NCBI GenBank assembly: GCA_051418015.1
Contig: JBPRGF010000033.1
Coordinates: 288,001-352,000, forward strand
From: Candidatus Nitrospinota bacterium M3_3B_026
GTDB taxonomy: Bacteria > Nitrospinota_A > UBA7883 > JBPRGF01
Direction: 5' to 3'
Length of the DNA: 64,000 nucleotides
Every line of letters begins with the position of its first letter. Position 1 is the first letter of the stretch. Shown piece after piece: positions 46,078 through 57,195 of the stretch. A program made the position numbers and the translations under genes. The notes beneath the pieces were generated by a model. The model was not told the DNA's origin. It worked only from the letters and a program-made list of their open reading frames with translations, and ran no database searches.

Positions 46078-48789
46078 TCAGATGAAGCGCGGCGCCTCCA
46101 GCAACAGCCTTCTCACCTTGGGGATGAAGGTGTTGATCGAAAGAGGCTTGTAGAGAACGTCGTTCACCCCCATCCTGAAAGCCTTCTCGCTTGTCTCCTC
46201 CTCGTTGTCTATGGTGACCACCACCACGGGTATGGACCTCATCTCCGGGTTCTCCTTCAGCCTGCGCAGAAGCTCGAACCCGTCCATGACCGGCATTATG
46301 ATGTCCAGCAGTATGATATGAGGCTTTTTCTCGTTCAGGATGGCCGCGGCCTTTTTCCCGTTCTCCGCCTCCAGCACTTCCATGTCCATCTTCTCCAGCA
46401 GCCCCTTGAGGGTGTGGCGGATGGTCTCGTCGTCGTCCACCACCAGGACGACCGGGCGCGCCGGGGGAAGCTCCGCTATGAACAGGCAGCCCTCTCCCTC
46501 CTTCGACTCCACCTTCAAAGACCCGCCGTGGGCCTCCATTATGTCGTGGCAGAAAGGAAGCCCCAGCCCCGTCCCCTTCTCACCGGCGGTGCCGCGGCCG
46601 CTGGTCTTGACCTCGTGCTTGAAGATGTCCGGCATCATCTCCTGAGCTATTCCCACGCCGGTGTCCTTCACGGCTATGGCGAAGTCGTTGTCCGGCGGGG
46701 TGAAGAGGGTGATCCTGTCCCCGTTGCGGCAGAACTTTATGGCGTTGGCGGCAAGGTTCAGGATCACCTCGCCGAAAAGGTCCGGGTCGGCGCAGAGCCG
46801 CAGGCCCTTCGGGACGTTGTTCTCCAGCGTTATCCCCTTCTTCTCAGCGGCGTGGGAAAGGTTCCTGACGACGAAATAGGCTATGCCGCGCCCGTCGATG
46901 AACTTTTTGTCCAGCCGGATCCTGCCGGTCCGGAGCCTGGTTATGTTCAACAGGCGGTCGATCAGGTTCAGCAGACCTTCGAGGTTGCGCCGGGCGGCGG
47001 CCAGCTCTTTTTTGTGTTTTTCGCTCAAGGGGTCCGTCCCGTCCGCCGTGACGGCGTCCAGAAAGCCTATGACCGTCGCCATGGGAGAGCGCAGGTCATG
47101 GGTAACCAGCGAGACGAACTTGTCCTTCAGCTCCGTGGCCTTTTCGGCCTTTTCCTTTGCCTCGCGCAGGGCGTCCTGCGCCCTCTTGCGCTCCGTGGCG
47201 CGGCCAAGCTGCGTGGCGACGCCCGCGAGAGCGTCGAGAAGCGACTGGTCAGGAGCCGCCTCCACTGTGGTGAAAAACTCCAGCACCGCCGTCACCTTGT
47301 CGCCCTCCAGCACCGGGAAGGCGAACCCGCCCTTCACGCCGAGCTCCCAGACCTTCCGGGCCCGGGGGAAGTTCGAATCCTTCAGCACGTCGGTGATCCA
47401 TTCCACCCGGCCGCTTTCAAAGACCCTGCCGGGCAGCCCTTCGCCTGGCTGGAAGACGGTCTCCATCGTCACGTCGATGAAGACGCCGAACCTCTCCTGA
47501 TCCTTGACACACCAAAGCCCCGCCGGGGCCAGCGTATTCTCTGGGGTGACAATGTAGACGTGCCCCACCTCCCAGCCGGTATACCGGCATATCCTGTCCA
47601 GGCAGGCGCGCATCGCGTCGTCGACGGTGGGCGACTCGTTGGCGGCGATGGTGATCTCCTGCTGCAGATGGATAAGCTCCGCTCTCCGGCGAAGCTCGTC
47701 CTCGGCCTTCTTGCGGCCGGTTATGTCGTGGAACGCCACCACAGTCCCGGTTATCTCCACGTCTTCCGCCACGATCGGCGAGCAGGTGAGCGATATGGGG
47801 AATAGGGTCCCGTCCTTTTTCGTGTAGATGTCCTCGACGACGCGCTGAACCTCGCCGGTTTTAAGGGTCTTGTATATCGCGCAGTTCTCGAAAGGGTTTT
47901 CGGAGCCGTCGGGTTTCTGGAAGTGAACCACGTCGTGGACGCTCTTGCCCAGGAACTCATCCTCGCTCCAGCCGGTCAGCCGCTCCGCCTCCGGGTTCAT
48001 GAAGACCAGCCGCCCGGCCTTGTCCGTGACGTACACCCCCTCGCCCAGGGCGGCGGTTATGTCACGAAGCCTTTTTTCGTTTTCAACCAGTTTGCGCGCC
48101 TTTTCCTCCACCCGGCGCGACATGGGCCTGAAAATGAACAGGTCTTCGCCGATCAGCACGAAGATGATGACACCCAGCGCCCCCATCCCAAGGAGCCTCA
48201 TCCTGTAAACCTTCTCCTCGTTCTCCCCCTGGTACTGGGCCGTGAGGGTCTCCAGCGCCTCCAGCAGCTCCGCGTCCGCCGCTTTCAGGACGCTTTTCAG
48301 ATGCGTGTTCTCCGGTGTTAAAAGACTGTCCGGCTCCCGCGCCAGCGCCCGCAGGTCCGCGATGAACTGCCGCACGTTTTTCTCCAGTTGAACGGGCTTT
48401 TCGAAAAATATCCGCCGAACGGCCCGCGACGGCGATCCAGGCAGGCCAAGCTCAGGGTCGCCCATTATCAGCTTCGCGTGGGATGTCTCCATCTCGTCGG
48501 CTGTCTCCAGAAGCTTGGCGCGAAACTCTTTTCTCTCCCCGGCGCTTTCCGCCTCCGCGAGGTTGTGGGCGTAAAAGGCCGCGCGCTGAGACAGCATCCG
48601 CTGGCGTCCGCTCACGTTCACCATCGCGGCATTGGCGGTTTGAATTTTTATCACCATGTAGAGACCGGCGTAGCCGGCACAGGATATTACAGCGATCAAA
48701 ACGAGGGCGAACAGGTAGTTGCGCTTGATGATGGAGTGGAAGCTCTTGTGGTTCGATGTTCCGGACAAGCTGGATTTACTGTTTATCAT
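46078..48789 (-). CDS. Hybrid sensor histidine kinase (NarX/PilJ-like periplasmic domain, PAS, GAF, HisKA, HATPase, REC)
   Basis: Two TMs around VNVSGRQRMLSQR; PAS (NPEAERLTGW, KKDG); GAF (GEGLPGRV); THDLRSP; NAIKF, DTGVGI, GTGLGL; REC LVVDD, LLDIIMP, KP. Confidence 0.92.
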   Translation of the reverse strand: MINSKSSLSGTSNHKSFHSIIKRNYLFALVLIAVISCAGYAGLYMVIKIQTANAAMVNVSGRQRMLSQRAAFYAHNLAEAESAGERKEFRAKLLETADEMETSHAKLIMGDPELGLPGSPSRAVRRIFFEKPVQLEKNVRQFIADLRALAREPDSLLTPENTHLKSVLKAADAELLEALETLTAQYQGENEEKVYRMRLLGMGALGVIIFVLIGEDLFIFRPMSRRVEEKARKLVENEKRLRDITAALGEGVYVTDKAGRLVFMNPEAERLTGWSEDEFLGKSVHDVVHFQKPDGSENPFENCAIYKTLKTGEVQRVVEDIYTKKDGTLFPISLTCSPIVAEDVEITGTVVAFHDITGRKKAEDELRRRAELIHLQQEITIAANESPTVDDAMRACLDRICRYTGWEVGHVYIVTPENTLAPAGLWCVKDQERFGVFIDVTMETVFQPGEGLPGRVFESGRVEWITDVLKDSNFPRARKVWELGVKGGFAFPVLEGDKVTAVLEFFTTVEAAPDQSLLDALAGVATQLGRATERKRAQDALREAKEKAEKATELKDKFVSLVTHDLRSPMATVIGFLDAVTADGTDPLSEKHKKELAAARRNLEGLLNLIDRLLNITRLRTGRIRLDKKFIDGRGIAYFVVRNLSHAAEKKGITLENNVPKGLRLCADPDLFGEVILNLAANAIKFCRNGDRITLFTPPDNDFAIAVKDTGVGIAQEMMPDIFKHEVKTSGRGTAGEKGTGLGLPFCHDIMEAHGGSLKVESKEGEGCLFIAELPPARPVVLVVDDDETIRHTLKGLLEKMDMEVLEAENGKKAAAILNEKKPHIILLDIIMPVMDGFELLRRLKENPEMRSIPVVVVTIDNEEETSEKAFRMGVNDVLYKPLSINTFIPKVRRLLLEAPRFI

Positions 48790-48852
48790 GGATTATATTG
48801 GGCCATTCTGAAGATGCCCCCCCTCTTAAAAGTACAACCTAAACTTATTATA

Positions 48853-48891
48853 GACATTAAACATCGTTTTCTCAAGAAAACGTCGAATGTC
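48853..48891. promoter_or_regulatory. Nested inverted repeat (candidate operator) in the divergent kinase/comM intergenic region
   Basis: CGTTTTCT-CA-AGAAAACG (48865-48882) enclosed by GACATT...AATGTC. Confidence 0.45.
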
Positions 48892-48968
48892 CGGGCGAGC
48901 TGATGGTAATATAAAATATATCATCTCGTATATTTATCTCCTTGCTTGCGCCGCTCCTCCATCACGCC

Positions 48969-48997
48969 TTGACAGCGCGGGCGGCTGGGCCTAGGAT
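48969..48997 (+). promoter_or_regulatory. Sigma70-type promoter for comM/yifB
   Basis: TTGACA-N17-TAGGAT, 26 nt before the ATG. Confidence 0.6.
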
Positions 48998-49023
48998 TTA
49001 TCCTCTGAAAGGGGCCGGAAAAG

Positions 49024-50553
49024 ATGGCAGTGTCCAGGGCGGCGAGCGGGGCCGTATACGGCGTAAACGCCTACCTCGTGGAGGTGGAGGCGGACCTGCG
49101 GCCTGGGGTGGTCTCCTACTCCACCGTCGGCCTGCCGGACACGGCTGTGCGCGAGTCGCAGAACAGGGTTCTCGCCGCGCTGGAGAACGCCGGCTTCGAG
49201 CCGCCGATCAAGAGGATAACCGTCAACCTGGCCCCGGCGGACCTTCGCAAGGAAGGGTCCGCGTTCGACCTGCCGATCGCCGTGGCCATCCTGAAGGCCG
49301 AGGAGGTATTGAGCGCCTCCCTCGATGACGTCATGATATGCGGCGAGCTTGCCCTGGACGGGCGGGTGAAGCCGATCCGCGGCGTCCTGCCGCTTGCCAT
49401 GCTGGCGAAGGAGCGCAAGGTAAAGCGCCTGATCGTCCCCCGGGCGAACGTTGGCGAGGCGGCGGTCGTGGAGGGGGTGGATGTCATCGGCGTGGAGTCC
49501 CTTCCCCAAGTCGTCCAATACCTGCGCGGCGAGGAGGAGATAGAGCCCGCCAGGGTGGATATAGGCGAGCTTTTCCGGATGGACGGCAGCTACGGGTTCG
49601 ACTTTTCCGAGGTGAAGGGGCAGGCGGGAGTCAAGCGGGCGCTGGAGGTCGCCGCCGCGGGTGGGCACAACGTCATCATGATCGGCCCGCCGGGGTCTGG
49701 CAAGTCGATGATGGCCAGGCGGATGGTGACGATCCTGCCGGATATTTCATTCGATGAAGCGATCGAGACCACCAGGATACACTCGGTCTCCGGCAAGTTG
49801 CCGGGCGGCGAGGCGCTGGTGACCCGCCGTCCATTCCGTTCGCCGCACCATACCATATCCGACGCGGGCCTGATCGGCGGCGGGGCCGTCCCTGCGCCGG
49901 GGGAGGTGTCGCTTGCCCATAACGGTGTGCTTTTCCTGGACGAGCTGCCGGAGTTCCGGCGCAACGTGCTGGAGGCGATGCGCCAGCCGCTGGAGGACGG
50001 GAGCGTCACGATATCCCGCTCGGCCATGTCGGTCACGTTCCCCAGCCGTTTCACCCTGGCCGCCGCCATGAACCCCTGCCCCTGCGGATACTACACCGAC
50101 CCGGAGAAGGAATGCCTGTGCACCGGGCTGATGATCCGCAAATACAAGAGCAGGATATCAGGCCCTCTGATGGACAGGATCGACATACACATAGAGGCCC
50201 CGGCGGTGAAATACCAGGAGATGATGTCCGGCGCCGAGGGGGAGCCCTCCGCGGCCATCAGGGAGAGGGTGAACGCGGCGCGGCGGCGGCAGGCGGAGAG
50301 GCTGGCGGGGGAGGGGATATACTCCAACGCCTCGATGACATCGAAAATGGTCAAAAAGCACGTCCCCCTCGACTCGGCGTCGAAAGCGATATTGAAAGCC
50401 GCCGTGGAAAGGCTGAAGCTCTCCGCCAGGGCGCACGAGAAGATATTGAAGGTCTCCCGCACCATAGCAGACCTTGCAGGGGAACCCTCCGTCCGCCCGG
50501 AACACGTCGCCGAGGCTGTGCAGTACCGCTCGCTGGACAGGGAGGTTTTTTGA
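49024..50553 (+). CDS. comM: YifB/ComM Mg-chelatase-like AAA+ ATPase
   Basis: VGLPDTAVRES, NLAPADLRKEG..FDLPIA, GPPGSGKSM, PFRSPHHT, SLAHNGVLFLDE, NPCPCG, SGPLMDRID. Confidence 0.95.
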   Translation: MAVSRAASGAVYGVNAYLVEVEADLRPGVVSYSTVGLPDTAVRESQNRVLAALENAGFEPPIKRITVNLAPADLRKEGSAFDLPIAVAILKAEEVLSASLDDVMICGELALDGRVKPIRGVLPLAMLAKERKVKRLIVPRANVGEAAVVEGVDVIGVESLPQVVQYLRGEEEIEPARVDIGELFRMDGSYGFDFSEVKGQAGVKRALEVAAAGGHNVIMIGPPGSGKSMMARRMVTILPDISFDEAIETTRIHSVSGKLPGGEALVTRRPFRSPHHTISDAGLIGGGAVPAPGEVSLAHNGVLFLDELPEFRRNVLEAMRQPLEDGSVTISRSAMSVTFPSRFTLAAAMNPCPCGYYTDPEKECLCTGLMIRKYKSRISGPLMDRIDIHIEAPAVKYQEMMSGAEGEPSAAIRERVNAARRRQAERLAGEGIYSNASMTSKMVKKHVPLDSASKAILKAAVERLKLSARAHEKILKVSRTIADLAGEPSVRPEHVAEAVQYRSLDREVF

Positions 50554-50611
50554 GATAAGACCGCCCCGCCGCCGTGGAAGGGTTTTTTTGATTTGCAAAA
50601 ATCTTTGTCTT

Positions 50612-50640
50612 TTGACATAATTTTTAACTTTCGTGATAAT
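50612..50640 (+). promoter_or_regulatory. Sigma70-type promoter of rplU-rpmA
   Basis: TTGACA-N17-GATAAT in an AT-rich stretch. Confidence 0.65.
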
Positions 50641-50699
50641 AATTCATCGTGGCCAGTCATGCTGGCCGCGTATCATTGACGGAAGGAGGAAAAGCGGCG

Positions 50700-51039
50700 A
50701 TGTTCGCTGTTGTTAAATCCGGAGGCAAGCAGCAAAAGGTCGAGAAAGGAGACGTCATCACCGTTGAGAGGATGACGGGCGAGGTGGGCGCCTCGGTTGA
50801 GCTTGGGCCTGTGCTGATGGCCGGAGGCGGGAAAAAGGGTGTCCAGGCTGGAACGCCGGAGCTTGCGGGCGTGAAGGTGACAGCGGAAATACTTTCCCAC
50901 GGCAAGGGGAGGAAGATCACCATAATAAAAAGCCGGCGCAGGAAGCATTCCCGCGAGAAGATGGGACATCGCCAGCTCCTTACGAGCCTGAAGATAACGG
51001 ACATAAAAGAGACGCGCAAGACGGGAGGCGGGTTGAAGG

Positions 51040-51050
<11 letters not shown>
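50700..51050 (+). CDS. rplU: 50S ribosomal protein L21
   Basis: [29 protein letters not shown]. Confidence 0.96.
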
Positions 51051-52420
<1,370 letters not shown>

Positions 52421-52458
52421 CGCCACGGCCTGACCGGCGGCGTCAAGGGAGTGAAACG

Positions 52459-53223
52459 TTACGCTCCGCGGGAGACGATGTAGAAGGCCACAGCCGCCGC
52501 GGAGGCGACGTTGAGGGAGTCGACGCCGGGGCTCATCGGGATGCGGGCGGACGCGCCGCATTTTCTCTTCACCAGAGGGCGGACGCCTGTTCCCTCGCCG
52601 CCGAGGACCACGCCCACAGGCCCGGTGGGCGCGCTCGAAAACTCATCATCAGCGCCATTGTCCAAGGCCGTGGTCCAGAAACCCTCGGCCCGGAGCCTGT
52701 CGACCGCCCCGGCGATGTTCGTGACGCGGCATATGCTGAAACGCTCGCCCATCCCCGCTGAGGCCTTGGCGGCGGCAGGGGTGTACGAGGCGGCCCTGTG
52801 GCGCGGGATTATCACGCCGTCGAAGCCGAAGGCGGCGGCGGACCGTATGATCGCCCCCAGGTTGCGCGGATCCATCACACCGTCGAGAACAGCCAGGAGC
52901 GGCCTGCCAGAGCGCGGCTTTTCGATGGATCGTTCGAGGAGGTTTTCGAAATTCGCGTAGGCGTATGGCGTCACGATGGCTGCGACGCCCTGGCTTCCCT
53001 CGGCCCCCGCTGCCTTCGCCACGGCGTCCATGCCGACAAACTCCACGGGGATTTTACGTCTGCCAGCAAGGTCGAGAATACGCCGGACGGCTTTCGATCC
53101 GGCCGCGCCCTTCTTGACCAGCAGTTTGTGTACCTTGCGCCTGCCGGCCGTGATGGCCTCCATGACGGGGTTCACGCCGTACAGGGCCTCCAGCTCCTTC
53201 GTTTCCCGACGGCCTCGTTTCAT
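52459..53223 (-). CDS. rlmB: 23S rRNA Gm2251 methyltransferase (TrmH/SPOUT)
   Basis: YGVNPV.EA, LDGVMDPRNLGAIIRSA, GGEGTG, IPM...VDSLNVASA. Confidence 0.92.
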   Translation of the reverse strand: MKRGRRETKELEALYGVNPVMEAITAGRRKVHKLLVKKGAAGSKAVRRILDLAGRRKIPVEFVGMDAVAKAAGAEGSQGVAAIVTPYAYANFENLLERSIEKPRSGRPLLAVLDGVMDPRNLGAIIRSAAAFGFDGVIIPRHRAASYTPAAAKASAGMGERFSICRVTNIAGAVDRLRAEGFWTTALDNGADDEFSSAPTGPVGVVLGGEGTGVRPLVKRKCGASARIPMSPGVDSLNVASAAAVAFYIVSRGA

Positions 53224-53236
53224 CGGAGGGTGGCTG

Positions 53237-54691
53237 TCAGTCGAACTTCACGGACCACGTGGTCACACCGCCTGGGGCGTCATGCAGGAGTATTCCCTTT
53301 TCCTCAAGTTCCGCGCGGATTCCGTCGGCTGTCTCAAAGTTCTTCTTGGCGCGGGCCTCGGCGCGGGCCTTGATCCGCTCCTCTATCTTCTCTCTGGAAA
53401 AACCCGCCTTCCTGAGCCTTTCGGCTTTGGCCGATTCCAAAAACTCCGCCGGGTTCCGCTGGAAAAGGCCCAGAACGCCGCCAAGCTCTCGTATGCCCGC
53501 GGCGCCGTCCAGTATCGACTCGCGCGCTTTTTTGTAATCGTCAGATTTTTTCTTCATGCGCCCTCTTTCCATCCGGGTCTGGTTCAGGCGGCGAAGCTCG
53601 TTGTTCAGGTCCGCCAGCGCCGCGGCGGTGTTGAAGTCGTCGTCCATGTGTTCCATGAACTTTTCCTTTAGCGCTTCCGGCGCCTTTCCCGCGCTTTCTC
53701 CGGCGATATCGTCCGCGAAGGCCAGAAACTCGTAGAACCTGCCGAGGTTTTTATGGGCATCGGCCAGGTAGCTGTCGGCGAAATCTATAGGGCTGCGGTA
53801 ATGGCTGGACAGCAGGAAAAGGCGAAGCGCTTCCGGGTCGCTCTCTTTCAGCAGGTCCTTTATCGTGAAGATGTTCCCAAGGGATTTTGACATCTTCTCG
53901 GCGTTGATGGTGACGAAGCCGTTGTGTATCCAGTATCTCACCGGAGGCAGGCCCGAGGAGCCTTGGGACTGGGCGATCTCGTTTTCGTGATGAGGGAAGA
54001 CAAGGTCCTTGCCCCCGCCGTGGATATCGAAGGTGACGCCGAGGAACTTGCGCCCCATGGCGGAGCACTCTATGTGCCAGCCGGGCCGCCCCGGGCCCCA
54101 GGGGGAGTCCCAGGAGGGTTCGCCGGGCTTGGACGCCTTCCAAAGGGCGAAGTCCAGCGGGTCCCGTTTCCTGGCGTCCACCTCCACGCGCGCGCCGGCC
54201 TCCAGCTCCTCTATGTTTTTCTTCGACAATGCGCCGTACTCCGGGAAATCTCTCACGGAGAAATAGACAGAGCCGTCCAGTTCGTATGCCTTGCCTTCGT
54301 CTACGAGTTTTCGGATTATCTCGATCATCTCGACGATGCATTCGGTGGCCTTCGGCTCCGCGTCAGGCGAAGCGAGCCCCAGCGCGCTCATGTCGGCGTG
54401 GAACTCATCCGTATATCTGCCCGCCACTTCGTCCCAGGCTGAGCCGAGTTCGGAGGCTTTCTTTATGATCTTGTCGTCTATGTCCGTAATGTTGCGAACG
54501 TAGGTCACCTCGTAGCCTCGGAATTTCAGATAGCGGTAGATGACGTCGAAGACAATGTTCGCCCGGGCGTGGCCTATGTGGCACAGGTCGTAGACGGTGA
54601 CGCCGCAGACGTACATCCCCACCTTTGGCGGGTTCAGGGGGGAAAACTCCTCTTTTTTCCCGGTCAGCGTATTGTAGACAACCAAAGACAT
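53237..54691 (-). CDS. cysS: Cysteine--tRNA ligase
   Basis: MYVCGVTVYD..HIGH, DFALWK, GRPGWHIECS, HHENE, KMSKS. Confidence 0.98.
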   Translation of the reverse strand: MSLVVYNTLTGKKEEFSPLNPPKVGMYVCGVTVYDLCHIGHARANIVFDVIYRYLKFRGYEVTYVRNITDIDDKIIKKASELGSAWDEVAGRYTDEFHADMSALGLASPDAEPKATECIVEMIEIIRKLVDEGKAYELDGSVYFSVRDFPEYGALSKKNIEELEAGARVEVDARKRDPLDFALWKASKPGEPSWDSPWGPGRPGWHIECSAMGRKFLGVTFDIHGGGKDLVFPHHENEIAQSQGSSGLPPVRYWIHNGFVTINAEKMSKSLGNIFTIKDLLKESDPEALRLFLLSSHYRSPIDFADSYLADAHKNLGRFYEFLAFADDIAGESAGKAPEALKEKFMEHMDDDFNTAAALADLNNELRRLNQTRMERGRMKKKSDDYKKARESILDGAAGIRELGGVLGLFQRNPAEFLESAKAERLRKAGFSREKIEERIKARAEARAKKNFETADGIRAELEEKGILLHDAPGGVTTWSVKFD

Positions 54692-54692
54692 G

Positions 54693-56129
54693 TCAACGAA
54701 GACCCGAAATCCGTTCGTCCAACCTTCTTAAAACCTCATCCCGGCCCAAGGCTGAAAAAATGTCCGCCAGCGCCGGGCCTTTCGTCCTGCCGGTCACCGC
54801 CGCCCGCAGCGGTTTGTAGATTTTTCCTTTCGGCGCTGCCGTTGCCGAAAAGATGAATTCTATCACACCGTCGAACGAGTCTTCATCGAGCGCCGGGACG
54901 CGGCCTACGGCCTCCCGCGCGGCTTCGATGATTTCCAGCGCGCCAGAGAGAGCCTTCGCCGCGCCGCTGTCCGGCGCTCCGGAGCCCGCGAACTGGGAGG
55001 CGTAGTCCACAGCCTGTTTAGGCTCATGGACGGAGTCGCGCAGGGCTTCGGCCATTTTCAACAGATCGTTATCCGAAAACTTTTCGAAAGGGAACCCGGC
55101 CTTCTCAAGCGGCGGCCTCAAGGCTTCAAGAAAACCGGCGGCGTCGAGCGTCTTCAGCGCCCTGGAGTTTATATGGTCCAGCCGGGCCATGTCGAAATGG
55201 CAGGGGGCCCTGGAGACTTTCGCGATGTCGAACCTGGCGGCCATCTCTTCGAGGGACTCCGGCCCGTCGCCCTCCACGCCGGACCAGCCCAGCATGGCCA
55301 CGGCCGTGTTTATCGCGGAGGGAAGATAGCCGGAGTCCAGCAGGCGCGCTATGTTCAGCGATTCGACGCGTTTTGAAAACTTGCGGCCTTTCTCGTCCAG
55401 CACAAGGGAAAGGTGGTGGTAGCGAGGAGGCTCGCCTCCCAGGGCGCGGGCGATCAAAATCTGCTTGGGGGTGTTGGCGAGGTGGTCTTCGCCGCGGATG
55501 ACATCGGTCACACCCATGTCAAGATCATCGACTATGGAAGCCAGGTAGTAGGCCGCGGAGCCGTCCGACCTGGCGATGATGAAATCGCCCATGTCTTCCG
55601 CTTCAAACGAGACATACCCCCGCACGCCGTCATGAAACTCCACGCTCCCCGTCCCGGCCCTGAACCTCCAGGCTGGCGGACCCTTTTTCCTTGAAAGCTC
55701 ATCCCGCTCTTTTTCCGTAAGGCGCGCGCATTCGCCGGTATAGCGTGGCGGCTGACCTGCGGCGATTTGTGCTAATCGAAGTTTCTCAAGCTCCTCCACG
55801 GAGCAGTAGCATGGATACGCCGCGCCGCGGTCCAGCAGTGTCCGCGCGGCGTTTTCATATTTTTCCCGCCGCCCGCTCTGTCTGTAGGGGCCATGGGGGC
55901 CGCCGATATCCGGCCCTTCGTCCCAATCGAGCCCGAGCCTTTTCAGGGTCGCGATGATCCCCTGCTCCGCCTCCGGGTCGGACCGCTCGCGGTCGGTGTC
56001 CTCTATCCTGAGTATGAAAGACCCTCCGCGCCCTTTAGCGTAGAGCCAGTTGAAAAGGGCCGTGCGCAGGTTCCCCACGTGCAAGGATCCCGTGGGGCTG
56101 GGGGCGAAGCGTGTCCTCGGGGCGGTCAT
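54693..56129 (-). CDS. gltX: Glutamate--tRNA ligase
   Basis: RFAPSPTG.LHVG, LRIEDTD, CYC, IRGEDH, KFSKR, anticodon domain PLRAAVTG; ATG at 56129 overlaps the ispF stop. Confidence 0.92.
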   Translation of the reverse strand: MTAPRTRFAPSPTGSLHVGNLRTALFNWLYAKGRGGSFILRIEDTDRERSDPEAEQGIIATLKRLGLDWDEGPDIGGPHGPYRQSGRREKYENAARTLLDRGAAYPCYCSVEELEKLRLAQIAAGQPPRYTGECARLTEKERDELSRKKGPPAWRFRAGTGSVEFHDGVRGYVSFEAEDMGDFIIARSDGSAAYYLASIVDDLDMGVTDVIRGEDHLANTPKQILIARALGGEPPRYHHLSLVLDEKGRKFSKRVESLNIARLLDSGYLPSAINTAVAMLGWSGVEGDGPESLEEMAARFDIAKVSRAPCHFDMARLDHINSRALKTLDAAGFLEALRPPLEKAGFPFEKFSDNDLLKMAEALRDSVHEPKQAVDYASQFAGSGAPDSGAAKALSGALEIIEAAREAVGRVPALDEDSFDGVIEFIFSATAAPKGKIYKPLRAAVTGRTKGPALADIFSALGRDEVLRRLDERISGLR

Positions 56130-56614
56130 GATCGTTCGCCGCCGGTTGTTATGGTCGCGACCGCCCATGCGGCGATCCCCTCCCCACGCCCGGTGAAGCC
56201 GAGCCCTTCGGTGGTGGTGGCTTTGACGGAGACCATGGCCGGATCAACCCCCGCGGCGGCGGCGATTTTTTCCCGCATTCGCTTCACATATGGCGCAAGG
56301 CGCGGCGCTTCGGCGGCGATGGTGGCGTCGATGGCCCCGACCCTGTATCCCTTCTCCCCCAGCATCGCCACCGTTTTTTCAAGCAGGATGACGCTGGAGA
56401 CGTCCTTGTATTTTTCATCGCTATCCGGGAAGAAAGCGCCGATGTCACCCATCGCCGCGGCGCCAAGGAGAGCGTCTATGACGGCGTGGGTCAACGCGTC
56501 CGCGTCGGAATGGCCGAAAAGGCCCGCCTCGTGTTCGACTTCCACACCGCCGAGAATGAGCCTGCGCCCCTTCACAAGACGATGCGCGTCGAATCCGTGG
56601 CCGACCCTTATCAT
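56126..56614 (-). CDS. ispF: 2-C-methyl-D-erythritol 2,4-cyclodiphosphate synthase
   Basis: RVGHGFDAH, GHSDAD..HA..DA, GDIG..FP, KATTTEGLGF.GR.EG. Confidence 0.97.
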   Translation of the reverse strand: MIRVGHGFDAHRLVKGRRLILGGVEVEHEAGLFGHSDADALTHAVIDALLGAAAMGDIGAFFPDSDEKYKDVSSVILLEKTVAMLGEKGYRVGAIDATIAAEAPRLAPYVKRMREKIAAAAGVDPAMVSVKATTTEGLGFTGRGEGIAAWAVATITTGGERS

Positions 56615-56658
56615 GGCCTCGCCTCAAAGCGGTTGAACGTCAGTTGGCGCCGCAAGCG

Positions 56659-57177
56659 TCAGTCGCCCTTGAGCTTGGATTCCCACTCATCGAGAGTCTC
56701 GGCCGTGAGCGGGCCAACGAAGAAACCGGCCACGACACCATCCCGGTCGATGAAAAACGTGGTCGGCAGGGCGGTCACTCTGTATCTTCTGGAGACTTCC
56801 CCCCCTGTGTCCAACACGATGGGCAGGGACAGGGACGTCTGCTCGACATATCTTTTCACGGTTTCCGGCCCCTCCTGGTAGTTCACGCCGACCACCACGA
56901 TGCCGTCGTCCGCGCCATCGCGATGGGTCTTCTCAAGCTCGGGCATCTCCACCTTGCAAGGGGGGCACCAAGTGGCCCAGAAGTTCAGGATCACTCCCTT
57001 GCCCTTGAGGCTCCCCAGGCTGAGATCAGCGCCGTCCACGGTTTTAAGAGACATCGGCGGAGCGGGTTTGCCCACCATCGCCGAAAGGTCAGCCATCGCG
57101 GGATGGGCCCAGGCCATGAACAGGGAAAACATCACTAGCGCAAGACGCGCCGGAAAACGCTTCATCGTTTGCTCCAC
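56659..57177 (-). CDS. TlpA/ResA-family thiol-disulfide oxidoreductase (exported)
   Basis: Signal peptide; LNFWATWCPPC..EMP; cis-Pro motif LPTTFFID. Confidence 0.92.
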   Translation of the reverse strand: MEQTMKRFPARLALVMFSLFMAWAHPAMADLSAMVGKPAPPMSLKTVDGADLSLGSLKGKGVILNFWATWCPPCKVEMPELEKTHRDGADDGIVVVGVNYQEGPETVKRYVEQTSLSLPIVLDTGGEVSRRYRVTALPTTFFIDRDGVVAGFFVGPLTAETLDEWESKLKGD

Positions 57178-57195
57178 GAAGATTTTGTCGGCAGC

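Noticed and set aside
45867..46085. 72-aa ORF after truB (and 44655-44873 on the - strand)
   Set aside because: These are translations of the REP-like repeats, not credible genes.
50648..50670. Hairpin in the rplU leader as a ribosomal-protein autoregulatory element
   Set aside because: A single 9-bp stem is too little to support a call without covariation data.
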